Sequence record: SRR31156797_336
DNA length: 64,000 nucleotides
Strand: one strand, 5' to 3'
In this document: one piece after another, positions 9,601 to 17,622 of the stretch
How the letters are laid out: every line of letters starts with the position of its first letter
How positions within the stretch are numbered: the stretch's first letter is position 1
Notes under the pieces: generated by a model
Told to the model about the DNA's origin: nothing
The model's database searches: none
The model's input: only the letters and a program-made list of their open reading frames with translations
Position numbers and translations under genes: made by a program

Positions 9601-11214
9601 TAAATCCATTACCAAATTCTCACGAATAGAATCAATTGGTGGATTGGTTACCTGTGCAAACAATTGTCTGAAATAATCGAACAACAATTGAGGCTTAGGC
9701 GATAAAGCAGGAATAGGAGAATCATTTCCCATTGACCCCACAGGTTCTTGTCCTGCAGACGCCATTGGCAAAATAATTCTTTCGAAATCTTCCTTCGAGT
9801 ATCCAAATGTTGCTTTACAAACTTCGAATTGATCACCAATATCCGATGGAACGCGTTTCTCAACAGGAATGGCTTTAAGATCTAAACGATTCTCTTTTAG
9901 CCAATTTTGATACGGGTTTCTGTAAGTCAATTGTGATTTTACTTCCTGATCAGGGATTATAATTCCCAATTGAGTATCCACCAAAAGCAACTTTCCAGGC
10001 TTTAATCTGCCTTTTTCTTTTATTTCCTCTGCTTTGAATTGTTGAATTCCCACTTCAGAACCCATCACAATCATATCATCCTGAGTGATAACATATCGGG
10101 AAGGGCGTAATCCGTTTCTATCCAAAGTTCCACCAATATAACGACCATCAGAAAATACCAATGATGCAGGTCCATCCCAAGGTTCCATAAAGGTTGAATG
10201 ATACTCATAGAAAGCTTTTAAACTATCTGGAATCGGGTTCTTCTCATTCCAAGATTCCGGTACCATCATACTTAAGGCATGAGGTAAACTTCTTCCGGTT
10301 AAAAATAGGAATTCCAAAACGTTATCGAATGATGCAGAGTCACTTTTATTGGGTTCTACTACAGGGAATAATTTCTTGATATCCTCACCATACATTTCAG
10401 ATTTAAGCAACGATTCACGAGCTTGCATCCACAAACGATTTCCTTTAATTGTATTGATTTCCCCATTGTGAGCTACGATTCGGAATGGTTGCGCTAAATC
10501 CCACGAAGGGAATGTGTTGGTACTAAAGCGAGAGTGAACCATAGCAATTGCCGATTCCATACGAGAGTCTTGTAAATCTCCATAGTATGGTCCTAATTGA
10601 TCACTGGCAAACATCCCTTTGTATACAAGTACTTTTGAAGAAAGACTAGGAATGTAGAACATCCCTTTCTCCTTCATTTTTGTAGCACGAACATAACTTT
10701 CGGCTTGTTTTCTTGCTAAATACAAGCGTCTCTCTAAATCATCCTGCTCGTAGTTTCCTCCAACAAAAATTTGTTTGATTACAGGTTCCGATTGTCTTGC
10801 AATTTCTCCAATTGCATTTGTGTCTGTCGGCACATCTCGTAATTGAAGAAATTCCAATCCCTCTTCTTCCAAAATCTGGATGAGAACTTCAATACAAAAT
10901 TTTTCTTCGATTTCGTCTTGCGGTAGAAATAACAAACCAGTTCCATATTTACCAGCTAATGGCAAATTTAAACCAATTTTTTTGTAGTAGGAATGAGGTA
11001 CTTGCATTAAAATACCGGCACCATCTCCACTTACATTATCGGCACCTCGCGCTCCTCTGTGTTCCATATTCGCTAGAACTTCAAGACCGCGAGTAATAAT
11101 TTCGTACGATTTTTTTCCTTTGATATTGGCTACAAAGCCAATTCCACAATTGTCATGTTCATTCTTAGGGTCGTACAGACCCTGCTGGCTTGGTCTTAGG
11201 TTTCGCATAGGCAT
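6688..11214 (-). CDS. gltB: Glutamate synthase large subunit
   Basis: EHDNCGIGF N-terminus, HSRFSTNT, AMSYGSIS, QGAKPGEGGQLPG, CVMMRKCHLNTC. Confidence 0.98.
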   Translation of the reverse strand: MPMRNLRPSQQGLYDPKNEHDNCGIGFVANIKGKKSYEIITRGLEVLANMEHRGARGADNVSGDGAGILMQVPHSYYKKIGLNLPLAGKYGTGLLFLPQDEIEEKFCIEVLIQILEEEGLEFLQLRDVPTDTNAIGEIARQSEPVIKQIFVGGNYEQDDLERRLYLARKQAESYVRATKMKEKGMFYIPSLSSKVLVYKGMFASDQLGPYYGDLQDSRMESAIAMVHSRFSTNTFPSWDLAQPFRIVAHNGEINTIKGNRLWMQARESLLKSEMYGEDIKKLFPVVEPNKSDSASFDNVLEFLFLTGRSLPHALSMMVPESWNEKNPIPDSLKAFYEYHSTFMEPWDGPASLVFSDGRYIGGTLDRNGLRPSRYVITQDDMIVMGSEVGIQQFKAEEIKEKGRLKPGKLLLVDTQLGIIIPDQEVKSQLTYRNPYQNWLKENRLDLKAIPVEKRVPSDIGDQFEVCKATFGYSKEDFERIILPMASAGQEPVGSMGNDSPIPALSPKPQLLFDYFRQLFAQVTNPPIDSIRENLVMDLTNYIGAVQKNLLDETPQHCKLIRFKSPLITNTDLGKIKKLRHEEFRHTSLDILFKASENGKGLEDALDSLCQLAEKAVDDNKNYIILTDRNVSKSMAPIPVLLATAAVHHHLIKKRKRMQIGLVVETAEAREVNHFALLIAYGASVINPYMSYAIIDRLVKDGRLSLEYKTARKNYIKAVDKGLLKVMSKMGISTIGSYLGAQIYEALGVSKGVVDKYFTGTSSRIDGVGLKEISEEILCHHTKAFSEKDPFENQDLLNSNGSIHYRKNGEPHSWNPQSIGLLQWSTRTNNYAKFKEYSAIVDKETREPNFLRGYFDFKKNPIDISEVESVENIMKRFCTGAMSYGSISKEAHEALAIAMNKIGGRSNTGEGGENSKRFYSSARSSIKQIASGRFGVNTEYLVNADELQIKVAQGAKPGEGGQLPGFKVDKIIAKLRNSTPGITLISPPPHHDIYSIEDLAQLIYDLKNVNPTACVSVKLVSENGVGTVAAGVAKANADLIVISGAEGGTGASPLSSIKNTGLPVELGLAEAQQTLVLNDLRGRVKLQTDGQLKTGRDIVSMALLGAEEFGFATSALVVLGCVMMRKCHLNTCPVGIATQNKELREKFLGRSEWLVNFFTFLAEDCREIMAELGIRKFDDLVGRSDLLVKRRDIKKWKADTIDVQNLFHLPETEGHELNGVNATIKSIGEVLDHDLIKQAEKALHDGEKVWIDKKITNTDRTTGAMLSGKVAALKPKRVLDEDTIHCRFRGSAGQSFGAFLEKGITFKLEGDSNDYIGKGLSGGKIIVNPPVKSKFKPEHQIIIGNTALYGATSGEVYFRGMAGERFCVRNSGAKAIVEGVGDHGCEYMTGGRVVILGPTGRNFAAGMSGGIAYVLNMEGRLDYFCNQSLVALEPVENLQDIHELQEMIHQHLMLTQSSVASKILTHWEEYLPHFVKVIPYEYKKVLEEKKLRKIHRKLKKAQAQTQVHE

Positions 11215-11394
11215 ATATTAAGTGCGAAGCCAGGTTGTGATTTTTTCTTTATACGAAGGAATTAATTCAAAGCTATTAATGAGTCCCCAACTCGATAGCT
11301 TTTAGTAACGACACAATGAATCCGATTGTCGTAATCCTTGAAAGAAACATTAAAAAAGAGGTGATGATTTCTCCGTTTTTCTAATCCGTTGTCA

Positions 11395-11402
11395 CAAATA
11401 TA
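11395..11402 (-). promoter_or_regulatory. Bacteroidota -7 promoter element for gltBD
   Basis: TATATTTG on the minus strand (TAnnTTTG consensus), ~180 nt upstream of gltB. Confidence 0.55.
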
Positions 11403-11624
11403 AATCAAAATAAACTTGAAAAACAAGTATTATTGTTTAATATGATTACGGAAACGATTGTAATTGATGATTTTTATCATGTTTTTTCACGCAAAGGTTT
11501 TCGTGATAATCAGTAGTTTAAGAATAATACTTCTATTAAGGTGAAATTATTAATGAAAAATATTACGCTTGAGATATGTTTAATTTAAAACAATATCATA
11601 CAAAAATAATATTCCTGAAGGATA

Positions 11625-11897
11625 TTATTTCGTTTCAATTACTGGCTGAACTCTAAGAAATTTTAATAGTAGTTTTTCAATCCAGCGTGGTAGATATTTA
11701 CCTATTTTAGTAATGAATTGCTTACCTAAAATATAGAGTGAAGAATAAAAAAACACCTTATTCAATACGTACACTGCTACGGTGAAAAATACAACTTTAT
11801 TTGTACCGGAAAGAATAAATGGTAAAGAGAGGGTAAGAACGAAAGTAATAACAGCTAATCCAAACAACACAAATCCAACAACTTTTTTCAACTCCAT
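11625..11897 (-). CDS. Small membrane protein, two predicted TM helices
   Basis: 90-aa ORF with two hydrophobic segments and a basic C-terminus. Confidence 0.65.
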   Translation of the reverse strand: MELKKVVGFVLFGLAVITFVLTLSLPFILSGTNKVVFFTVAVYVLNKVFFYSSLYILGKQFITKIGKYLPRWIEKLLLKFLRVQPVIETK

Positions 11898-12242
11898 AAT
11901 TATTTTGATTCTTTAAATTTTAACATTTAAATCAATTCTACGGCACAATTTATAAATGGTTATTAAAAAATCGACATTTAAAGTGTTAAAAATCATTAAC
12001 TAAAAGGATGTTGTCAACATAAATAAGACAAATGCATCTTAATTAATCGAGTGTACATGCAATTGAAGTATATCAACTAAGAATATTGTAGTTCGTTATA
12101 AAAATATCATTTTTCAAAGAAGAGCTATCTTATTGGATAGGGTGAAGTTAATAACTAATAGTTTTTTGTAATGCAAAGGTTTTAAATCAAGGGGTAAATA
12201 AAAAACTTAAAATTTAATTAGGATTTTAAGAATAAATGACCT

Positions 12243-12250
12243 TATCTTTG
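12243..12250 (+). promoter_or_regulatory. Bacteroidota -7 promoter element of the arg operon leader
   Basis: TATCTTTG, 25 nt upstream of the first leader ATG. Confidence 0.7.
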
Positions 12251-12274
12251 TTGTCAACAAATCAGAAAAGAAGC

Positions 12275-12328
12275 ATGGAAAATTTAATTATCATTCGACG
12301 ACGCAAAAACGGATCTTTATTTTTATAA
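12275..12328 (+). CDS. Arg leader peptide 1 (MENLIIIRRRKNGSLFL)
   Basis: Read by hand; CGA CGA CGC at codons 8-10; followed by a terminator. Confidence 0.75.
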   Translation: MENLIIIRRRKNGSLFL

Positions 12329-12360
12329 AATAAGGGCAAGCGTTGGTATGATATTTCCCA

Positions 12361-12388
12361 AGCTTTCCAAATCGGAAAGTTTTTTTTT
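12361..12388 (+). terminator. Attenuator terminator 1
   Basis: AGCTTTCC-AAATC-GGAAAGTT plus T run; left arm can pair instead with GGGCAAGCGTTGG (12334-12346). Confidence 0.8.
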
Positions 12389-12413
12389 GAATTTGATTTT
12401 TATAAAACAGAAC

Positions 12414-12503
12414 ATGATGATCTTATTACACAACATTCGACGACGAAGATGTAGCGCACCAAAAGGGAAAGCGGATCAGGTCGTATTGTCGTGTAATCAA
12501 TGA
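12414..12503 (+). CDS. Arg leader peptide 2 (MMILLHNIRRRRCSAPKGKADQVVLSCNQ)
   Basis: Read by hand; CGA CGA CGA AGA at codons 9-12; followed by a terminator. Confidence 0.75.
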   Translation: MMILLHNIRRRRCSAPKGKADQVVLSCNQ

Positions 12504-12518
12504 TTAATAACAATATTT

Positions 12519-12554
12519 AAAAGGCTTATCGTTTTCCCGATAAGCCTTTTTTTT
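12519..12554 (+). terminator. Attenuator terminator 2
   Basis: AAAAGGCTTATCG-TTTTCC-CGATAAGCCTTTT plus T run; alternative pairing with 12465-12482. Confidence 0.85.
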
Positions 12555-12577
12555 GAACTAAAAATTTAAACTGCAAG

Positions 12578-12733
12578 ATGCACAGTAATATCCATACAGA
12601 AAGCAGACGCCATTTGCGAAGTAACTGTTACCCAGGAGGGACGGATGAGCTTGCTATATCTTGTAACGAGATATTATCAATAGTATTTAAGCTTACCGTT
12701 CCTACGGTGGGCTTTTTTTGTGTCAAAAATTAA
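12578..12733 (+). CDS. Arg leader peptide 3 (MHSNIHTESRRHLRSNC..., 51 aa)
   Basis: Read by hand; AGA CGC CAT TTG CGA at codons 10-14; frame runs through terminator 3. Confidence 0.6.
   Translation: MHSNIHTESRRHLRSNCYPGGTDELAISCNEILSIVFKLTVPTVGFFCVKN
12689..12719 (+). terminator. Attenuator terminator 3
   Basis: AAGCTTACCGT-TCCT-ACGGTGGGCTT plus T run; alternative pairing with AGGGACGGATGAGCTT (12637-12652). Confidence 0.85.
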
Positions 12734-12747
12734 AAAAAATAAATGCC

Positions 12748-12888
12748 ATGGATTTAAACAACTCCTTAGACTTTAGGCGACGCTGGTGCCAAAGATTAAA
12801 CAACAGCAATTTAAAAGAGAACTTCTTTGTAGATATAAATAACAAATGGTTATGCCTTACAGGTGTAGCACTTTTTTGGGAAACCTAG
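12748..12888 (+). CDS. Arg leader peptide 4 (MDLNNSLDFRRRWCQR..., 46 aa)
   Basis: Read by hand; AGG CGA CGC at codons 10-12; stop 11 nt before the likely argA start. Confidence 0.6.
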   Translation: MDLNNSLDFRRRWCQRLNNSNLKENFFVDINNKWLCLTGVALFWET

Positions 12889-12899
12889 AGTTAAACAAC

Positions 12900-13493
12900 A
12901 TGATAGATACATCAATGGAAATTGAGCAAAAAATAAGTGTCATTGTAGCAGGTCTTAGGCATATTGATAATGCTTGGGAAATTTGCGAAATGATTGAAGT
13001 TGCCGCAAAAATACGCGGGACAGGAATTGCCAAGAGAAATCCTTTGTACATCGTACAAAAAATACAGGAAGGAAAAGCCATAATCGCATTCGACGATAAT
13101 AAGGTAATTGGTTTTTGTTATGTAGAAACTTGGGAACACGGCAAATATGTAGCCAATTCAGGTCTAATTGTTGATCCTGAATACAGAGCAGTTGGGCTTG
13201 CCAAGCTAATTAAAGCAGAAGCATTTAAATTATCTCGAAAGCGGTATCCACATGCTAAAATCTTCGGACTAACCACCAGTCTTCCTGTCATGAAAATCAA
13301 TTCAGAATTGGGTTACAGACCTGTGACTTTCTCGGAACTAACAAGAGATGAGTCATTTTGGAAGGGATGTAGCAGTTGTGTGAACTATGATATACTGCAA
13401 AGAACAGATCGTAAAATGTGTCTTTGTACAGGTATGTTATTTGATCCAAGCAAAAATAGCACACCCAATTCAAGCGAAGGAGAAAACAAGTAA
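12900..13493 (+). CDS. argA: GNAT-family amino-acid N-acyltransferase (Bacteroidota ArgA-type)
   Basis: RGTGIAKR, VANSGLIV, FGLTT and FWKGC..C motifs; first gene of the arg operon; start moved from 12846 to ATG 12900 (12915 also possible). Confidence 0.8.
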   Translation: MIDTSMEIEQKISVIVAGLRHIDNAWEICEMIEVAAKIRGTGIAKRNPLYIVQKIQEGKAIIAFDDNKVIGFCYVETWEHGKYVANSGLIVDPEYRAVGLAKLIKAEAFKLSRKRYPHAKIFGLTTSLPVMKINSELGYRPVTFSELTRDESFWKGCSSCVNYDILQRTDRKMCLCTGMLFDPSKNSTPNSSEGENK

Positions 13494-13525
13494 GCAATTC
13501 AATCAATAAGCAAAAAATAAACACA

Positions 13526-14725
13526 ATGACAATCAATAAGAAAAAAGTAGTATTAGCATATAGCGGAGGATTAGATACAACATATTGTGCACTTTACCTG
13601 TCTAAGGAGTTGAACATGGATGTGTACACCGCACTGGGAAATACCGGAGGTTTTAGTAAGGACGAACTTACAGATATTGAGAACAGAACAAAACAACTGG
13701 GAGTAATCGAGCATGTATCGCTTGATGTAACAGAGGAATACTACGACAAATGCATTAAGTACATGATAATGGGGAATGTATTAAAAAACAATACTTATCC
13801 TTTATCTGTAAGTTCAGAAAGGGCTTTTCAAGCTATGGCAATAGCACAATACGCACATTCCATTGATGCAGATTATATCGCTCACGGAAGTACCGGAGCA
13901 GGCAATGATCAAATTAGATTCGATTTGATTTTTAAGATTATGGCACCAAATGCCGAGATTATTACTCCTACCAGAGATCTAGAATTAAGCAGAGAAACTG
14001 AAATAAACTACCTGAAAGAGCATGGTATTAATGCGAACTTTGAGAAAATGAAGTATTCGATTAATGCAGGTATTTGGGGTACAAGTATTGGTGGGAAAGA
14101 AACTTTAAGTTCCAATTTGCCATTGCCGGAAGAAGCTTATCCGAAGCAAGTTGTCAAAACTGAACCAGAGAAGCTAAGCATTGAATTTAAAGAAGGTGAG
14201 TTAGTTGCAGTTAATGGTGAAAGTGTAGCACATCCATTGGAAGCAATACAGAAAATTGAAGAAGCAGGAGCAGCTTTTGGTATTGGCAGAGACATGCACA
14301 TTGGAGACACAATTATAGGCACAAAAGGAAGAGTAGCATTTGAAGCTGCAGCTCCATTAATGATTATTCAAGCTCATCAAACTTTGGAAAAGCATACACT
14401 TACCAAGTGGCAAATGCACTGGAAAGAGCAAATTGCCAATTTCTACGGCATGTTGTTACACGAAGCTCAATATTTAGAACCGGTAATGAGAAATATGGAG
14501 ACTTTCCTTGAGGACACCCAGAAAAATGTAAACGGAACTGTTACAATTAAAATGTTTCCAAAGTATTTCCAGGTTGAAGGAATAGAATCTCCTAACGACT
14601 TAATGTCTGATCTGTTCGGACAATACGGCGAAAGCAACGAAGGTTGGACCGCTGATGATGTGAAAGGATTCACAAATATTTTAGCGAACTCATTAAAAAT
14701 CTATCACACCATAAACCAAAAATAA
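13526..14725 (+). CDS. argG: Argininosuccinate synthase
   Basis: LAYSGGLDT, HGSTGAGNDQIRF. Confidence 0.97.
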   Translation: MTINKKKVVLAYSGGLDTTYCALYLSKELNMDVYTALGNTGGFSKDELTDIENRTKQLGVIEHVSLDVTEEYYDKCIKYMIMGNVLKNNTYPLSVSSERAFQAMAIAQYAHSIDADYIAHGSTGAGNDQIRFDLIFKIMAPNAEIITPTRDLELSRETEINYLKEHGINANFEKMKYSINAGIWGTSIGGKETLSSNLPLPEEAYPKQVVKTEPEKLSIEFKEGELVAVNGESVAHPLEAIQKIEEAGAAFGIGRDMHIGDTIIGTKGRVAFEAAAPLMIIQAHQTLEKHTLTKWQMHWKEQIANFYGMLLHEAQYLEPVMRNMETFLEDTQKNVNGTVTIKMFPKYFQVEGIESPNDLMSDLFGQYGESNEGWTADDVKGFTNILANSLKIYHTINQK

Positions 14726-14726
14726 G

Positions 14727-15692
14727 ATGGTAAAAGTTGGAATTATAGGTGGTGCAGGATATACTGCAGGTGAATTGTTGCGGATTTTAATTTGGCATCC
14801 AAAAGTAGAGTTTGCTTTCATCCAAAGTACGAGTCACGCCAATCATCCCATCACGGATGTTCACAGAGATTTATTGGGTGATACCGATTTGGTTTTTGGG
14901 ACTGCGGATTATACCAAAGTTGATGTCATTTTTATCTGTTCGGGACATGGTAAAACCAAGTTGTTTCTAGAAAAGAACAACATATCATCTACTATTAAAA
15001 TAGTAGATTTAAGTACGGATTTCAGACCACAAAGCAATACAGAAGACTTTATTTATGGGTTGCCTGAGTTGAATAGGGATCAAATAAGGAATGCAGATAG
15101 AATTGCCAATCCGGGTTGTTTTGCGACTTGTATCGAGCTTGCGATACTTCCGTTAGCAGCAGAAAACAAATTGAAAGATGAAATTCACGTAAATGCAATT
15201 ACAGGATCAACCGGAGCAGGTCAAAATCCAACTGCCACTTCTCATTTTAGTTGGAAGAATAATAATGTTGCGGTGTACAAAGCTTTTAATCATCAGCATT
15301 TAGCTGAGATTACTGAAACAGTTTTGCAATTGCAAGTCAATTATAAAGAAGCAATCAACTTTATTCCCGTCCGCGGAAATTTTAGCAGAGGAATAATGGC
15401 TACCATGTATACCCTTTGTGACTGGACTTTAGAAGAAGCGAATCAGAAGTATGCTGAATTTTATACCAATCATCCCTTTGTGAGCATTTCTAAAGTCTTA
15501 CCAGATGTAAAACAAGTTGTAAACACAAACAAATGTGTTTTGTATCTTGAAAAACATGGAAACAAATTGATGGTGATATCTGTGATTGATAATTTATTAA
15601 AAGGTGCTTCGGGACAAGCGGTTCAAAATATGAATTTAATGTTCGGATTAGCTGAGAACACCGGTTTGGGATTAAAACCTGTCGGATTTTAA
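14727..15692 (+). CDS. argC: N-acetyl-gamma-glutamyl-phosphate reductase
   Basis: GGAGYTAGEL, IANPGCFAT, DNLLKGASGQAVQN. Confidence 0.97.
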   Translation: MVKVGIIGGAGYTAGELLRILIWHPKVEFAFIQSTSHANHPITDVHRDLLGDTDLVFGTADYTKVDVIFICSGHGKTKLFLEKNNISSTIKIVDLSTDFRPQSNTEDFIYGLPELNRDQIRNADRIANPGCFATCIELAILPLAAENKLKDEIHVNAITGSTGAGQNPTATSHFSWKNNNVAVYKAFNHQHLAEITETVLQLQVNYKEAINFIPVRGNFSRGIMATMYTLCDWTLEEANQKYAEFYTNHPFVSISKVLPDVKQVVNTNKCVLYLEKHGNKLMVISVIDNLLKGASGQAVQNMNLMFGLAENTGLGLKPVGF

Positions 15693-15703
15693 AAGAGAAT
15701 ACA

Positions 15704-16831
15704 ATGAAATTATTTGACGTATATAATTGTTACGATATAAATCTTGTAAACGGAAAAGGAGCTAAACTTTCCGATGACAAGGGTAATCAATATTTAGATT
15801 TTTATGGAGGGCACGGTGTAATATCTATAGGACATAGTCATCCGCATTACATGTTTCGAATAGAACACCAACTGCATTGCTTAGGGTTTTATTCTAATGC
15901 AGTTAAGAATGATTTGCAAGAAAAGTTAGCATGTAAATTGGGGAAAGTTAGTGCTTACGATCATTACAATCTATTTTTGTGTAATTCAGGAGCAGAAGCA
16001 AACGAAAATGCCTTAAAAATTGCCTCATTCCATAATAAGAAATCGAAAGTAGTATCCATAAAAGGAGCATTTCATGGAAGAACCGGTGGAGCACTAGCTA
16101 TTACTGATAATCCTAAATTATCCTCGCCTTATAATAAAGAACACGAGGTGGTGTTTATTGAAATGAACGATTCCAATACACTTGAGAATGAGTTGAAAAA
16201 TGGAGATGTTTCAGCCGTAATAATTGAAGGAATTCAAGGTGTTAACGGAGTATTTGAACCTAACTCAGAATTTTTAAAGAACGCAAAAGCAGCCTGTGAA
16301 AAGAACAATGCGCTTTTGATTTTAGATGAAATTCAATCAGGTTTTGGTAGAAGCGGAAAGTTCTTCGCTCATCAATATGCCGATGTACAACCGGATATCA
16401 TTACCACAGCCAAAGGAATGGGGAATGGTTTTCCAATTGCGGGAGTATTAATATCTCCTGAAATTGAAGCCTGGAAAGGAATGTTGGGAACTACATTTGG
16501 TGGAAATCATTTGGCATGTGCGGCAGCTACGGCTGTTTTAGAAACTATCGAAGAAGAAAATTTAATTGAGAATGCGGAACAAATGGGAGAGTATTTGATC
16601 TCAGCATTAAAAGATAATAAGGCAATAAAAGCAATAAGGGGGAAAGGTTTAATGATTGGTATCGATATGGAGAACATGTCGGAAATCAGAACAAAATTAT
16701 TGAAGGAATTCGGAATATTTACCGGTTCATCAGGAAGTAATACACTTCGCTTGTTACCACCACTTTCTATCACAAAGAAGGAGGCTGACCAATTCATTAA
16801 AGCATTTAATAAACTAACCCAAATTGTTTAA
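15704..16831 (+). CDS. argD: Acetylornithine aminotransferase
   Basis: NSGAEANE, FHGRT, DEIQSGFGR, AKGMGNG; arg operon context. Confidence 0.93.
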   Translation: MKLFDVYNCYDINLVNGKGAKLSDDKGNQYLDFYGGHGVISIGHSHPHYMFRIEHQLHCLGFYSNAVKNDLQEKLACKLGKVSAYDHYNLFLCNSGAEANENALKIASFHNKKSKVVSIKGAFHGRTGGALAITDNPKLSSPYNKEHEVVFIEMNDSNTLENELKNGDVSAVIIEGIQGVNGVFEPNSEFLKNAKAACEKNNALLILDEIQSGFGRSGKFFAHQYADVQPDIITTAKGMGNGFPIAGVLISPEIEAWKGMLGTTFGGNHLACAAATAVLETIEEENLIENAEQMGEYLISALKDNKAIKAIRGKGLMIGIDMENMSEIRTKLLKEFGIFTGSSGSNTLRLLPPLSITKKEADQFIKAFNKLTQIV

Positions 16832-16833
16832 AT

Positions 16834-17613
16834 ATGAGCGAACTGACAGTAGTAAAAATAGGTGGTAATGTAATTGATGATCCAGAAAAGTTGAATGAGT
16901 TTTTAGATGCTTTTTCAAATATTGGTGGTAAGGTTGTCTTGGTTCACGGAGGCGGAAAACTGGCATCCGACCTTTCTGGGGAATTGGGTGTGAAAACACA
17001 AATGGTAAATGGTAGAAGAATTACCGATGCTGAGAACTTGAAACTGGTAACTATGGTATATGCCGGATTGGTCAATAAGAATATCGTTGCCTCCTTGCAA
17101 GCCAGAGATGTTAATGCTTTAGGAATGTGTGGTGCCGATCAGAATTTGATACTTGCCGAGAAAAGAAATCATCCAAGTATTGATTTTGGTTTTGTGGGAG
17201 ATATCACGAAAGTAAATACACTGGCACTCTGCAAGCAGATTGAATGCAATTCTGTTTTGGTAATTGCTCCGATCACACATGATGGAGAAGGACAATTACT
17301 CAATACAAATGCAGATACTATTGCCACCGAAGTTGCTTCTTCCCTTAGTCGTTTTTACAATGTGAAATTGATCTACAGTTTTGAAAAACTTGGGGTCTTA
17401 CTAGATGCTGAAGATGATAGTAGCGTAATGCCGGTTTTATCATCAGAGGTATGCGGACAAATGGTGAAAGAGGGAAGTATTACCACCGGAATGATGCCAA
17501 AAACGGAGAATGCATTCTATGCACTTTCACAGGGTGTTGAAGAAGTGGTGATTGGTAATTTAGTTTCTATAGTGAATTGTCAATCCTCGGGAACGCAGGT
17601 TGTTAAATCATAA
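16834..17613 (+). CDS. argB: Acetylglutamate kinase
   Basis: VVKIGG, VHGGG, GRRITD, NTNAD, GMMPK. Confidence 0.95.
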   Translation: MSELTVVKIGGNVIDDPEKLNEFLDAFSNIGGKVVLVHGGGKLASDLSGELGVKTQMVNGRRITDAENLKLVTMVYAGLVNKNIVASLQARDVNALGMCGADQNLILAEKRNHPSIDFGFVGDITKVNTLALCKQIECNSVLVIAPITHDGEGQLLNTNADTIATEVASSLSRFYNVKLIYSFEKLGVLLDAEDDSSVMPVLSSEVCGQMVKEGSITTGMMPKTENAFYALSQGVEEVVIGNLVSIVNCQSSGTQVVKS

Positions 17614-17622
17614 TTGAGAAGG

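Noticed and set aside
11276-11350. gltB uORF as a Glu/Gln attenuator peptide
   Set aside because: One Glu, no Gln, and no terminator/antiterminator pair found
11950-12260. ArgR (ARG box) operator upstream of the arg leader
   Set aside because: Only weak AT-rich resemblance (e.g. near 12031); no convincing tandem boxes over the promoter by eye
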